64,000 nucleotides of DNA. Source: Chlorokybus atmophyticus. Lineage: Eukaryota > Plantae > Mesostigma and Chlorokybus algae. The stretch spans positions 286,578 to 350,577 of the forward strand of contig RHPI01002699.1 of NCBI GenBank assembly GCA_009103225.1. Direction: 5' to 3'. Position 1 is the first letter of the stretch; the number at the start of each line of letters is the position of its first letter. Positions 27,320 to 41,371 of this stretch are shown piece after piece. The translations under genes and the position numbers were made by a program. The notes beneath the pieces were generated by a model, which searched no databases, was not told the origin of the DNA, and saw nothing but the letters and a program-made list of their open reading frames with translations.

Positions 27320-30300
27320 CATGCGGGAGGCCCTGCTTCGGGAAGTTGTGCTCCGCCCTGGCATTGCCGTGGTCATCGCCACAGGCGCTGTTGGCAAGCC
27401 GCGGCATGGCCTGAGGCACTGCACCCATGCGCAGCAATGGCCAGGCCGGGTAGGATGCCTGCTGAGTTGGTTGCTTGTTTGCGCCGTCGCTTAATGTTCA
27501 GCTTGTTCGGAAAGGAAACTTGATTGCATGTTTGTCAAGCTGGAAGTTGCTTGTTTACTGCATGCTAGCATGATCTTTGCTGTTTGCAGTCACTGTCAGT
27601 GCTTCACAATCAGCCAGTAGCAACAGGCAGTCGTTTCGTGCAATATGCAATTGATGTGTTTGTACAGCAGCACAGACTTTCCAACGTCCAAAGTAGCATA
27701 ATTGAAAATGTTGCATACGCTACCTCGCAAGCTTACTCTGCCAGTGGCTGGTGATGAGCTTCCTGCAACACATTGCTCAGCAGCTGCTTGATAGCTGCTT
27801 TGCTCGCTGCTTCTGCGTAGGGGCCAACAGATGTTTGAGACAGACAAAGCGGGCACCTCCGGTGCAGCAGCGGAGGATGTCCCCTCTCCCAGAGTGGCGC
27901 CTAGACGCCTGCAGGGATCGGCTGCTGCCCAGGTGCTGCGCTGGTTGAGCTGTGCTACACAAACAACAGTCACATTGACAATGTGCGCTACTCTTACACA
28001 GCAGTGCTTGTTCCATGCTTTGCTCACAACAGCTGCAGCTGAGGCTCATGCCACATGTGCACACCTGCTGATCAACAGTTTGCCTGTGCTGCAGCTCACA
28101 ACACCGTCGCATGATCATTCGACGGTGTTGCGAGCTGCAGCACAGCAAGCAAACTGTCGATCAGACTGTTAGTGCTGACGCTCTCAGCCTCGCACTGTTG
28201 AATATGGCTTCTGGCAGTGACTAGGCGTTTTTGTATGCAAGCAACTGCATCGTATGGCAATGCACTAGTTGCAAAACCACACTTGCGTAGAATGGAGAGA
28301 ATTGCAACATTGCAAGTGTGCAACTCTTTACTAGTACTGAAACAGCTTATGAGGCTCTACGGCAGGGTTCTCTCGCGCGCACATACCGCACATTCTTCTT
28401 CGTGTTGGTATGCTTCGGCTCGCTCATCCTGTCGGCAGCACCGGCATTGGCATCAATTGCCGACGTGATGACGACTGGCCTCCTGTACGCGCTGTATTCA
28501 GGGCTTCATTACTCATTCAAGCAATTCACCTTCCAGACAAACATCGCCGATGTCCCGCTGATGTCTGTACTGCGATCGGGCCTCATGTTGCTGTCCTTTT
28601 GCTTCCCCTGTGATCATCACGCCTCTCATCGTCCCTACTTGCTTACTGCCATTGTGTGCTCAGCAGTATCGGCAGGTGCCTTTGTCGTTCTGTCAATCAA
28701 GTGCTGAATTTGTGGTCATACGTCAGCTCATGAACGTATAGATGTTATGTCAGCGTGTCCGGTTTCAATTCGCTTACCCCATCCTTGCGCAGTTTACATC
28801 ATTGTCAAGGCTGCCATGTTTCATTACCACGAGGCAGTCATCATGAGGAGCAAGAAGCTTCACGATTTGCCTACTTGGGTTGCACCTGTGGCTTTTGCAG
28901 TCTCCGCATGTTTGGCGGGGATGCACGTCCTTGTTGCTCATCGCACTGTTGTGGAGTACAAGCGCAGACGTGCTGCTCAGGTACGCTTGCTATCAGCATG
29001 CTCGAGCAAGTGCAGCATAGACATTGTCTTCAAGGTTGCAGCATGCTCATGTATAGTGCATGTCATACAACAACAGAACAAAAGTTAACAATCACATGTT
29101 GTTCTGCTCCTCATGTGCAGTACAACAGTACAAAGTTAACAACCGAATTGTAGTACCCCACCTCATGTTATGGCCTGTGCAGGGTTTGTACAGTTTTGAG
29201 GACTTTGGAAGTGCGCAACCAACATTGCGCCAGCAACCAAGAGGTGGTGCTGAGCGGCAACGATTGTTGCAGCACCAAGAAAGCTTTGGCTATGGTCACT
29301 TGACTCATGATATTGAAAACCAGGTACGCACAAGTTGACCCATTTAGAACACTTCAGCCTGTGACCTGCTCCACTCCATGTGTGTGTGGGTGGGGTTTGG
29401 ATTGAGATTGATAGTAGTACTTGCTTGTGCAGAAGGAGGATGACGACTTGGACGCCACACTGCTCGCCGACTCTGACAGCAAGTTCATCACCGTTGCTGG
29501 CATCCGCTCACTGCACTACAAAGTATGTGGCGACTTGGAGCTTTTCCGACCGCCTGAGACGGTAAGCTGCGCGGGGCTGCAGGCACGTGCGTTGAATGCG
29601 TCACGGGGACTGTGCGTTGACATGTGGTAGTGTTGTGCAGTCAAACACGGCACTCGTTTTGCTTCATGGCTTTGGCGCTGGCGTGTTTGCGTTCAGGCAC
29701 ATTATGGGTTCACTAGCTCAGCACTTGAGGTTAGTTAACACACACAGCATCCAGTTAACCCAGCAGACTTGGTCGTTGTTTTGTCAGATTTCTGCTGCGA
29801 TTGATCGCAGCAATTGGCTTGATCAAGGTTAGCTGCTGCAAACACTACCTCCAATGTATGCGCGGTCTGTGCGCTCAGAAGCTAATTGCTGTGTTAGGTG
29901 CAAAGTTGTGGCTTTTGACCGGCCGGGCTTTGGTTTGACATTTCGACCGCATCGCTCTGATTTTACCAACTCTGAAAGCCCGTACTCTTTTCACGCACAG
30001 GTATGACGATATTGTATACCAATGAACTTATGGTCAAACACAATTCCCTCGCTCATTGCATGACAGTGGCTTGCAACCCTGCAGGTTCACCTTACGCTTG
30101 AGCTCTGTGCAGCCCTTGGTTTGCATCGCGTGGTTCTGGTTGGCCACGCGGATGGCGCCTTGCTTGCATTGATGACAGCTGCTGCAGCAAGTGACAGCCA
30201 GTTCCAGGTGCGACAAGCGTCTGCATGTACATGAGTACTTATATCTCAAACTGTATATTTAGTAACCCTGTTGGGAGCAACGCCATCAGCCTTGTGTGTC

Positions 30301-31703
30301 CACACTCAGGTTGAAGTGGCAGGGCTTGTCCTGCTTGCAGCTGACGTGTCTGGTGAGGTGATCCCTAAGTTTACGGTGAGTCTGTTGAGCTTGACTTCGC
30401 GGAACCAGACACCTATGTGCAAAGCATTATGTAATTTACTCTGCCTTGTAGTACAAACCACCTGAAGCTTATTGCGCTATTTGTCTCTTTCCACGTCAAG
30501 TTGTCGTCCATGATAACATCTTGCTGGCAGCAGTGTCAGGGGTGACAGTATGATATGGTGTTCTCGCCTTGCAGCGCTTGTTGCTTCAAACCAAGCTAGG
30601 ACGGCAGATGATGCGCCCGCTCTTACGCTCTGAAATCGGTGGTATGTGTGGTCCTTTGGTTGTGTAGGTTAACAAATACTGCTGTGTGCATTGCCGCATA
30701 AATTTGCATCTGCCTGCTGGTCGTTGAAGCCACACTATGCAACTTGACTTGTTGATCTTAACACCCACAGGCGATTGCTTGCAAGCCATGTGCTAACTCT
30801 GGTCACATCATGTGCTTACTCTGGTCACATCATGTGGTTATTTGCGTGGTCATGCAAGCGTGTTGTCACAGATGTGTCGAATCGCAAAGCTTGGGCGGAC
30901 TCAGAGAAAATTAGCCCTGAAGTGCTTGAACAATACAAGGTAAGTCATTCATGCTATGGCGGGGTACAATGTTTTAAAAAAGTACAAGGTCACATTAAGT
31001 ATATACAGCCATACCCTTGCATCCTTGTTAGGCCCCACTGCAAGTGAAAGGTTGGGACCGCGCTCTGGCAGAGGTGGGACGCTTGCATCCTCCCAACGAA
31101 GACGCTGTGACAGCCGTGCTGCAGGCGGTCTGCGGCATACCCACGCTTGTTGTGAGCGGCAAGGAGGACCGTATTGTGGCGAGCAAAGAGACTGCCAAGC
31201 TTGTTGAGAAACTGCCAGGCTCGGTATGAGGCCGTCTGCTCGGGCACTGGGCATTCTGTGGACTTTGCCGTTGTGTTTGTCAACAGCGAAGGTGTAATTG
31301 GTAGGTGTTGTTGGAGTTGCCTGATTGCGGGCATCTGCCCCATGAAGAAGCACCGCGCGCGCTGCTGGAGGCTGTGATACCATTCATTGAGAAACTGGAG
31401 TGGAACTTGCAGGTACACTTGGTGCCAAAACGCAATGTGAAACAACAAGCATGCTTGCGCGCATATCTGTGTGGTCCATGCACACTTGCGTTTGCACGCT
31501 ATGCACTCTACGCATTTATGTTGTTAGAAGGTTGCGATTTTGTGAGAACAACTGACCAGATCTATGTGCACACAAGCATGCACACAAGCAGCAGAGCAGT
31601 GGTACAATCCCAGGCACTGACATCCGTGCGTTTCCAACAGGTCACCCCAAGCACTCCTGCAAGCTCGGATAAGGTTGCTGAACCCCAGATCGATTTTGAC
31701 TGA
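27320..31703 (+). CDS. Membrane-anchored alpha/beta-hydrolase (At1g15490/At1g80280-like); multi-exon, start uncertain (27320 or later)
   Basis: N-terminal TM block (RTYRTFFFVLV..ADVPLMSVLRS), then LVLLHGFGAGVFAFRH, VVAFDRPGFGLT, LVGHADGALLAL, VVSGKEDRIV and CGHLPHEEAP. Confidence 0.8.
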
Positions 31704-32638
31704 CCAACACTGCCCAGGGGCACGTCACTGCAACATATCATTTGCCCCTTTGGCTACAGAGCACTGGTACCAGGTAGAATCTTTACCGCTCGCGAATGCA
31801 TTCAGTGCATACATTGTGCATGATATAGGTCACCCACAGTAGCACATACATTCATATGCAGATAGCAGCAAGCACAGCAGGCAACCCCAGACCGGCAGGT
31901 TTGCAATGCCAAACTGTGGTTGCATATTGAACCATCCTCTTCATATACGTGTAAACGGATTTGCACATAGTGGAACATTGATGGCTGCTTATGCTTAGCT
32001 CACCTCCATGCCTGCATCTGGGCCAAAGGCTAGGTACTTCCGCGGACGGAAACTTTTGGTGTAGAAGCTAATGGAACCTTTCGGAAAGCGCTCAGAAATA
32101 GTCTTTATGTGTGATTAGCTTCCTTGACTTTCCGCTAGCTCACAGCAGCCTAGGGTGTTCTTACGGGCTTCCTTCCATGCTGTTCATTGCTGTTCAGTCT
32201 TGACCAGTAGCTATGACAACTGCATACGCGTACTCTGGGCGTCCGCTCTTTTTGGAAGATTTCCAGGAAAGGGAAGGGAGTAGGAAGGAAACCAAGTTGA
32301 AAAGTCGCGGAAGTACCCAACCCTAATCTGAAGGTAGTGCATGCATACACAACGACTCGATGCGTGACTCCTACTCAGCTAGAATACAACAGCCATGAGC
32401 ATGCACAGCTGTAACAAGGCCAGGTAGGCAGGACAAGGGCTGGTGAGGGGTGGCATGCAGCATGACATGGCATCTTGGTGCTGACGGCGCATCAGCTGTT
32501 GTACTAACAGCACCTGAACACCTACCGAACCGGCAATCACTAAAACAAGAACCTATGTTGCAGCGTCTACTGGACAGTCGGGAATGAACAAGTATATACA
32601 AAGAAAGACAGACATGACAGCTAGCTCATCTGGCTTCG

Positions 32639-35600
32639 CTACCGCTGCTTGCGTTGTTTCGCAGAAGATGGTTGCAGCAGTTTAACTAGTGCCAAACTGC
32701 AGCAGAACACAACACGAGCCAATGAACATGGGGCGGTTTCACACACGCACACACTAAAGGCATCAGAACATTGGCAACCAGTCGCAACGATGAGCGACAT
32801 GCACACACAGCACTGAGTACCTTTGAGCATTGGCAACCCGGAAGACAGGTATCCGCCCCACGCTCACGTCCGTGCCATACGCAGCCGAGGCTTGGTCCAC
32901 TGACTTGGCGGGATCAGACGCCATCGCCACCAGCACAAACTGCTCAAAATCCAGTCAGCAAGCCAAAACGCTGCCCAACATGGACAAAATGCAGCAAATA
33001 GCCAATGATAAAGTCCTAATGGACAACAATAATAAACCAGCCAGCATACCAGTGGGAACACCATTGCCATCACGCCAGCGCTCGTCAGCGTGTTGAGAAA
33101 GAAGGTGGCCAATGTGCAGGGGCTTCCTGCACGCAGAAGAGATACACCCGTCAAGACTGTGAGTATCTGATAGCAGCCCAACATCATTGCGATGCGCTTA
33201 GCGACCAGCCTCATTGCAAAACATCCACAAGGAATGCCTTGTAACAGTCCACAAAGGTTCAATCAGAAGAAAACAGAAGTGAATCTAAAAAGCTGGCATG
33301 CGCGCATGTGTGTGTGTGGCTCGCATGTATGTGTGTGCGCAAGCGTGTGCATGTGTTCATGCATATGTGTGCGCGCGCATGCAAGGAAGTGTGTATGCTG
33401 CCTCACCAAATCCAGCAAAGTAAGCCCAATTTGTCTCGAAGAATGTCACGCGCCGGTTCAGGCTCCATCCTGCGAGGCTCCACCGGTAGTCGAAGCAGTA
33501 GAAGGCGTACAGCCACGCCAGGAGTATGAAATACAAGAAAGGGCCGACAGCGGGCACAAAGCTGACTAAAGACACCTGATGCGATATATATGTGTCACAA
33601 TCAGTGATGTGCTGAAGCAAACATGTATGATACAGCGGGTAGAGTACAGGGGACTGGTACCAACCTGAGCGACAAATACTGAAAAGAGGACTATCCGATA
33701 GATCTCCTCGCCGACCATCTGACCAATCCTGCCATGCCATAAGGAAGCCTAAGCATGGACAAGGTGTGACATCATAACATAACAATATGGTACAGTTGCC
33801 TGATGTATTGTACTATAGGTGTATGAAGTGCGTGTGCGTGAAGACGTGCACGCGTGTGTGTCTTTGCATGGCGCACCGGTCAATGCCAGCTGGCAAGCTG
33901 CTGCTTTGCTGCTGTTGTTTGCTGGCGCCGTTTGCTGCAGATTTACCATTGTTGTCCGCTGCTGCATTGCTGGCATCAATTGCGAGCTGCTCCTTATATG
34001 CCACTTTTGCTATCTCATTATACCTGTCGGAACATGAACCATTGCATACAAAGCCACTATACGTTTGCAGATGTGTATGCAAGTACATCAATTAGAGGGA
34101 CACACACAGTGAGACAGATGCACAAACATACAACCTGTGAGTAGGTGTGCATGCATTCATGCATGAACACAACACATGTAAGTCCATCTCACATGCGCAT
34201 GCACACATGCGTGTGGATATATGTATGCTGAAGTCGACTACATGCTCAAATAGGTGTACATGCATGAAATAAACAACACATGCAGCATACCCATCGCGCA
34301 TGCGAGCATGCACACGTCACATGTCACTCTCACCATATGCAGTTGATGATGAAGCTGATAACGTAAGCCGGGTACAGCCACAGTACGTTGTACATGACAG
34401 CGAGCGCGCTGTCGAGAACGCGCGCGACGTCCGCCCTCGCCTCCGCGACAACGGGGCTGTCCACAGCGATATTGCCTCCCGCCCACGCGGGACTCAGACT
34501 CAGCAACCAGCGCACGAAAGGCGTGACCACGCTGTTCAGCAGAACCATACTACACATCCACACGATACACGCATGAGTGCAGAACATGCATAAAGCAGAG
34601 AGCTGGAAAAAACAAAAAATACAACAAAGACACAACAAACCACATAACACCACACCACACAGCACAACACAACACAACCATCACCAACACCAACACCAAC
34701 ACCAACACCACCAACAACAACACAAACACGTTGTGTGCAATTTGCGAAGCAAGTTAAGCCAGCGCATGAAAGGCGTGACCATGCTGTTTAGCAGCTTTAA
34801 AGATTTGTTCTCCAAAGACACACACGAGCGTTTTTCTCCAACAAGCTGGAGAACTGTTGAAGGCAGAATTGTAACTTTGGCTTTGTTCTTACCTGCCGAG
34901 GAAGATTAAGCCGTTGAGCAGGAAGCATTGCGCGGTCTTGACAAGTATTACGCGCGACCTGTGGGCGTTATGCGCTCGCATGAGAAGGGCGACAGGGTTG
35001 GGAGTAGACACTTGTGTGCATTGGCATTTCGGAGTATAGCCATTCATACAACTATCACTATCATTGTGTCGATTCAGCTGGTGAGACAATCCTATTACAA
35101 CAAGTGATGCTGTAATAATGCTGTTGCCATTGCCACTGCTGACATGAACATGTGTGAGAATGACACAAAACACAATAATAATGGATGAAAACGTACGCAT
35201 ACGCACACGCACCTGCACACGCATGCACACATGTGCACAAACACAGGGTGAAGCACTCGAGATCGTTGTTTCATTGGCAGAGTCATGAATTGTGGCACCA
35301 ATACACGTTCTTCTCAGAATGCATGATCAATGTGGTTGGCAACATGCCAATAAGCAGTCTATATACTCGTACGTATGCACCCATCAGGCTAGCAACCTCG
35401 GACCCCAACAGTGGCGGCCCATGCCACAACCGACAACAGTGCACACAATCAACAACCCCAGGCATGAACCAAGCACTACCAAGCTTGAGCAAGCTTGGAT
35501 TGGCTTGCACAATTTTGCCCCCAATCAACTGGAGTGACCGTAAGTGCCAACAGACTGCAATCAGGGTTTGAACACGCACGCCTGATCCACCCTGCACCTG

Positions 35601-35746
35601 GCAAAGTACACCACCGCTCTATGGATCGAGCACGCCTCCTTGAAGCCGGCCCAGAAGAGGCACGCCGCCAGCCTCACGGAAGCAGCGACGGACAACCTCC
35701 TGCCTCCTCCTCCTGCTCCTCCGCCGCCGCCCCTGGACGGCGCCAT
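32639..35746 (-). CDS. EI24: EI24 (etoposide-induced 2.4) homolog; multi-exon, start approximate
   Basis: KTAQCFLLNGLIFLG, VLWLYPAYVISFIINCIW|YNEIA, FILLAWLYAFYCFDYRW..FFETNWAYFAGFG, MVFPL|FVLVA and RIPVF. Confidence 0.85.
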
Positions 35747-37132
35747 GGCGTCGGCGCCGCCCATCGGAATGAACCACGCTGCGGGCGCTGCTGAGGTGGA
35801 AATGCCTGGGACGTTTGCAGCGACGAGCGGGAATGTCAGCAGTCCGAACGTGTACGCAGCGAAGTTGATGTCTGTGGTTGGATCAATGACAACAAGCGTG
35901 TCCTGTCTTGAGGGAATGGCGTTCTGTTTATATGTTGCGCGACGACAAGTCCGCGCGAGAGTGAGAGCGAGCGAGACTGAGGGAGGGACGCACCAACACC
36001 CACACCCACATAGCAAGTGAACGGGCTGCTTTGTGTTAACGAGGCATGCCATACTGTTTTGCTGTTAGTATGAGTGTACTGCTGCATGCACGTGGCTCGC
36101 ATGTTACCCCATGCACGATACTACACTGCCAGAGTGCGACCACCGAGGTAGTACTATTTGCGAAGCACACAACTACGCCACTATAACTACCTGCCCTGCC
36201 CCGTTAGCCAGGCATGCACGAGAACAGGTGTTAGTTACCTACACCACCAGCATATGTCGTGAATAAGGCATGCATATTTGTGTGCGCACCACTTGTTTGT
36301 ATATGTGCGCACTGTGTGCACACAGCGCGCATGTCTCCCCTCATTCCCCACGCACGAGCGAGAGAAACCGAGGCAGAGACAGGGAGATACACGGGTGCAC
36401 GCACGCACACAAACACACACACAATTTGTGTATCAGTCGCTTGGGTGTGTATCGTGAATTGAGCATGCCGTGTTCTACGTGCGGAACATGTGTGTGTGTG
36501 TGCACGCTTTCGTACAGCTCTGTTGTGTGCCTCGCTCGCACCCCATCCCCACCATAAGAATGCTTGCATGCCTTGTTTCGTCTCTTCGTTGCTTTTGTAT
36601 GCTTCACATACACTATCCACTCTGCATCTATTGTAAACAGTCCACAATTGAAGCTTGAGGTGTACACAAAATGCAAGATACGAATCTACGAGTCTGCGTG
36701 CAGCTGAGGACATCAGGTGAATGCATTCGCAACTAATACTGTGTGCTGCAGTGGATGTTTGTCATGGTATTCTTGAAGCAACCAACTTGCTGCATGGAGT
36801 TATGGCGTTGTTTCAGCGCCATCTAACCACACAAGTGGACCAGGATGCAGGCAGACAGACACTGCACCATACAGGTACTCATGCAGTCATCAGCTTTAGT
36901 ATAATCTATACTAGCTCTCTGCAGTATGTTTCCTCCCTGACCATGGTGCAAACTAATGTGCTAACAGCATAGGGAGTACGCTTGTCGTTGGGCTTATTCG
37001 CAGTATACCGCACAAGTGCTATACATGCACTACTAAGCTGCAATGTACTTGATGATACCTGTCACTCACAGCCCCTCGATATGGAGGACGCCAGCGGACT
37101 CACTTCGGTAACGACCACCTGCTTTTTTTCTT

Positions 37133-40100
37133 TCATTGCACCACAGTCAGTGTGGCATTCGTAACGGTTGCCGGCAGTACTAACTCCCCGTTGGCGCTCT
37201 GCATGTACTCAGCCCCCGCAACGGAGGCTTTCATTCTCACATCAGCGGGGAGCTTGAGCACATAACCACCTTGTGGGGGTGATGAACAATGCAGGTTCAC
37301 TGATATGACCCCATCCGCAGGTTCATACTCGCAAGAGCACACGCCAAAGAAAGCCGTGAAGAAGCTGCGCATGCGCATGAGTGAGGTGAACCACTTTGCA
37401 GCCGCTCCCGCAAAGAGTACAAGTCTGTCGTCATCTTCATATGCGCGAGAGTCCCAAAGCAGGTGCCAGAATTCTGATACCATCCGGACCGCGATCGCGA
37501 TGGTTGGCTTCCACCTCGTGTGCAGCTTTGATGATGATACGCCCCACTGGCCCATCCCGCTCCCGAAGCCCTCGTCCAGTACGTAGAACCCCCGCATGTT
37601 GTACGTGTCAAGGAAGTTGTTCAGGGTGGCGAACCCTGCCGCCCTGTTGCCGGCAAGAGCCCCTGCACAATCATCACGTTGTAGCATATATCATGCCGCA
37701 TACGTGCCAAAAAACTGCATGTATGCGTGTGCTACAGGTGTATGTTGCGACTATGAACTCAAAACCGCGTAGCCGTGCGTGTGCCTGCGTGCGTGCGTGC
37801 GTGCATGGTAGTGCACATGTCGGTCCCTCGTGTGTCGCATCACAAATGGAATGATGACGTTTTGTGGACTAGCATCACCGTAAGTGTGTTGCGTAGCAAA
37901 ATTGACAGCAGCAGGACTACCTGGTGTGAGCGTGCAAGGGGAAAGTCAAGCCAATCGTTGTTGGTGGGCTGAGCCTGAGTGCCTGGAAACTCTTCCACAG
38001 CCGGTGACTCCGCTGTTAAGGGATACAGCCTGGTGGGCCACAGGACGTTGAAGGAGCCGTACACATGCTTGAGTGGTCCTTCTCGAACTTCTCCTTAAAC
38101 TCGACGAACAGGTGCTCGGCGAGGTTTGCGGCATCCGCAGCAGCTTGGCTGTCCCCTGCGGCAGCCAGGAGCACCGCGGCGGCCCGCATCCCCACCACGT
38201 CAAAGGCCTCGGTGTACTCGGGCTGGTACCCGTCGCATGCACAGGGCTTCAGCTCCGCCCGTGTGGCCTTTGGAACTGAGTCGCCAAAGTTGCTGGCCAT
38301 GGACACCTGCCAACATGTGCTGGGTTGAAGTACGTGCGGTGCTCAGAGTCAATGTTGAAAGAAGTGTTGAGCAGGTACGGGATGAGAGAGAGCGTGTGTG
38401 TTCGTGTGCATATGCACACACACACGCGCTTGCCTAAGCATGCATGCGCACATGTGGGTGCGTGTGTGCACGTGTGTGCGCGCGCGCATGCTCGACCTGT
38501 CTGCATGCATGCATTGCCACGTGGGGGTGAACTTGCACGCATGCAGTACGCATAGTGCATGCTTACCCAATGTGGCCCTTCGGTAGTCCTGTAGTACTTT
38601 ATCTAGCTGCAAGATTGAGGACTTGGTGGCCAACCTCCTGGAGCCATCGGCGGTCGCGCGAATGAAGCCAGTGCTGCCCAGCCGCCCACAGCACCTGGCC
38701 GGGGTTGTCGGGCTCAGGTGTGTCCCTGCCATTGAAGGGCTTGTCAAGAAAGCGCCGCAGGATGACCTCAGAGACTTCTGTACGGGCAAGCCTCATCTTC
38801 GCCAAGGCCATGTACACGCTATCGCGCGTGTAGGTTTTGTAGTGGAAGACTGACACATCGGGGGCGCCTTGACTCATCGCAAGCAGCAGCAAATGCAGTG
38901 GCATTGCATTGTAAGTTTCCGCCCACCTGTAATGTAAGAAGAATAGCCATGAAATGCGAGCACTCCTGCGGATGTGCAAGCTTGAGACATGTACCAGCAG
39001 TACCACTAGTATACCGGTCCATGCTGTATCGCAATGGTAAGTCTGCTTGTGTACCTCGAGTCTGGGAGTTGTACGCCTGACTTGCCCTTCTGCAATCAAC
39101 AGTCTTTGAGCGCTTCAAGCTCAACTTGTTTTGGAACGAGGCTGGTCCCGAGCCAGGGTGGCCCGGATCCGGCTGCAGCGAACAGCCATTGTTCTCCGCT
39201 ATACTATATACTGTATAGAAGCTCGTCTTCTGTGGCAGGGTTTATTGGCGCCTCATCCACCCATCTGGGGATCATGCGCACATGTGCGTATGCGTGCATG
39301 GATTACATGTTGTCCATGCACTGTCAGCTGCATAAATTCATGATACCTCATTATGTCCGCATGCACAACGCCCGGCCAGCACCGGGAACAGAAACCGAAA
39401 CTTTGCAGATGCACCTGCATGCATGTTGCATGGAACTGACAGTGAGATATAGGTTGTAGGTCAAGTCCTATGCTACCACTGATTGCTGCTAGCTTGGTGT
39501 CAAAGCGCAGACCCGCAGAGCAGTTGCCCTCAGGGCTGACCAAAGGTCTCAAACAAACCGCCAGTTGGAGCGTGCGAGCTAACGTCATCAGACGCACTTA
39601 CAAAGGTCCCACTCGCCATCGTCTTGGCCACAACCGCCGTCTGACCCGCCACCAAGATGGCATCGCTCAAGCCTGGCACTTCCACCTCAAACACCTGGCG
39701 ATGTCAGTTTCAGTCTTGCTGGCTGCCTGACCAACTTGAGACTCGCTTACTTGTGCACCAGCTGGGCCGAGGGAGCGCAGCGCTACATGTAGAGCAATGT
39801 CTTCAACTTGTGTGGCATTGTTGTTGATTATGACCACGTTGGCGGCCACGACTTGGCCGAGAGTGTTGTTGAAGGTGTACATGACCTGCAAGCTCCGACG
39901 TCACATTAATGTTGGTGCCGTCGGCAGAAAGTGGACAAACGTGGTGTAGGGGACCAAACACCCTCCGTGCCTCAACCCAGGCCAGCTCTGTAAGTCAGTC
40001 AGTCAACAACAATCAGGCGCTGTCATAGAGTTACAGGACCACAATTTGCGGTTGGCTGGTTCAATCTCACCGTGACGTTGTCTTGTGTAGCAGAGATGAG

Positions 40101-40322
40101 CTGGCTGCCCTCCTTGTGGTAGAGCCAGAAGTAGATGCCATATGAGGCGAAGCCTAGACTGAAGCTGCCCTCTGCTTCCACAACGGTCTTGAGGGTGTCG
40201 ACACTGTCAGGCAGGCCAATGAGCACATGCTTCGTGCTTTTTGGATCCAGCTGTCTGACGTCGCTACAAACCACAACAGCGGCACTGGCAGCAACAATCA
40301 CACCAAGTAGCAGGGCTTGCAT
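37133..40322 (-). pseudogene. Secreted six-hairpin-glycosidase-like protein of bacterial type; intron-containing, apparently disrupted by frameshifts and nonsense codons
   Basis: Signal peptide MQALLLGVIVAASAAVVVC. Motifs ALRSLGPAG, LPDSR|W, GAPDVSVFHYKTYTRDSVY, EPDNPGQVLWAAGQHW, LWPTRLYP and RLVLFAG..WF. Coding frames 38306-38016 and 38064-37840 overlap out of frame with no room for an intron, and there are in-frame TGAs at about 39903-39901 and about 39097. Confidence 0.55.
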
Positions 40323-41371
40323 GAGCTTGCACCCCATCAGGCACCAGGCACACCAGGCAAAAGCTTCTAAAGCACAGAGCAGCTGACCAGAGGTAACACA
40401 CAAAGCGAAGCAAGATTTCTACTGCCACTAGCTTCAGACTGATCCCGCCGGCAAGCAGCTCCGGCCAGCTTCAGCAGCTTCCAATGCTGCCTCCGCAGCA
40501 AAGGCTAAACCGGCCTTATTGGCTTGGTTACACCGATTGACGCACTCATACCGCAGGCAGTACGTAGCAAGAGTACAGTCCTGTGTGTAAGGTTCCGGGC
40601 GCTGAGGACGCGCGGTTCCAGGCATTTGATGTGACATGCTGCACGTCACACGTCGACAACACGACACACACGGCTCTCAATTTGATGCTGTCAATGCGTT
40701 AAATTGACCAGAAAGCATGCAACGCAGCTTCACATCTTCATCATCCATGCAATAGCTCACAGCTCCAAGCATGCTGTGGCGTACACGGACTTAGTACACA
40801 GGCTAAGACTTACTGTAGCTACCAAGCAGCAGACAGTACATTGCAATCAGCGTCTCACACGCATTGCATTTGTTTAGAAGACAATCACTAAGTACACGTC
40901 TAGCATACTCAAGAAGTCGGCCTAGTTGTCGTTGTGTTCACCATCGCCGTCGCCGTCGCCGTCGCGGCTGTGCATGCTTGTCACTGCCATCCCACAAGCA
41001 GAAGCCAAATAAAACTTAGCCATTCCCCGCTACTGTTGCCAAATAGTGCTTTGCTCAGAGTCGCTAACATTTCCGCTTAGCCATACACAGCGTTCGGAAG
41101 TATGGTGCGTGTGGAATGGTTGTGCGCCGTGAACTTCCGAAAGTGTTGCTCCCCCGCCTTCCTGCGTGTGGGCAGTGGCGGGTTGCTGTGGGCGGCGGCG
41201 GCTGTTGTATGTGCGGTGATGAGGAGCGTGCTGTCATGGGCTTGGTCGTCTATCTGTTAGATTTGCCATGCAGGGTTGCAGTGGCTAGCTGTCACGCAAA
41301 AGCTGTTGGAAGAACTGGGCAGCAGCATGCTGGAGGTTGAGTTTGCTGGCTGACGAGAGCAGTGAGCAGCC

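Noticed and set aside
30130-30170. Missing catalytic Ser (GHADG) in the alpha/beta-hydrolase as a novelty
   Set aside because: Recalled plant members of this subfamily have GHDDG at the same position, so it is a family trait.
32030-32350. Possible structured ncRNA (telomerase RNA, RNase P/MRP or U5) suggested by AACCCTAAT and GGAAAGTC
   Set aside because: The template-like motif does not give a clean 1.5 telomere repeat, and no other conserved elements (P4 partner, U5 loop, Sm site) could be placed. An Infernal/Rfam scan would be needed.
35750-36713. Additional gene or long N-terminal extension upstream of EI24
   Set aside because: Open frames exist on both strands, but no recognisable motif or convincing splice path was found.
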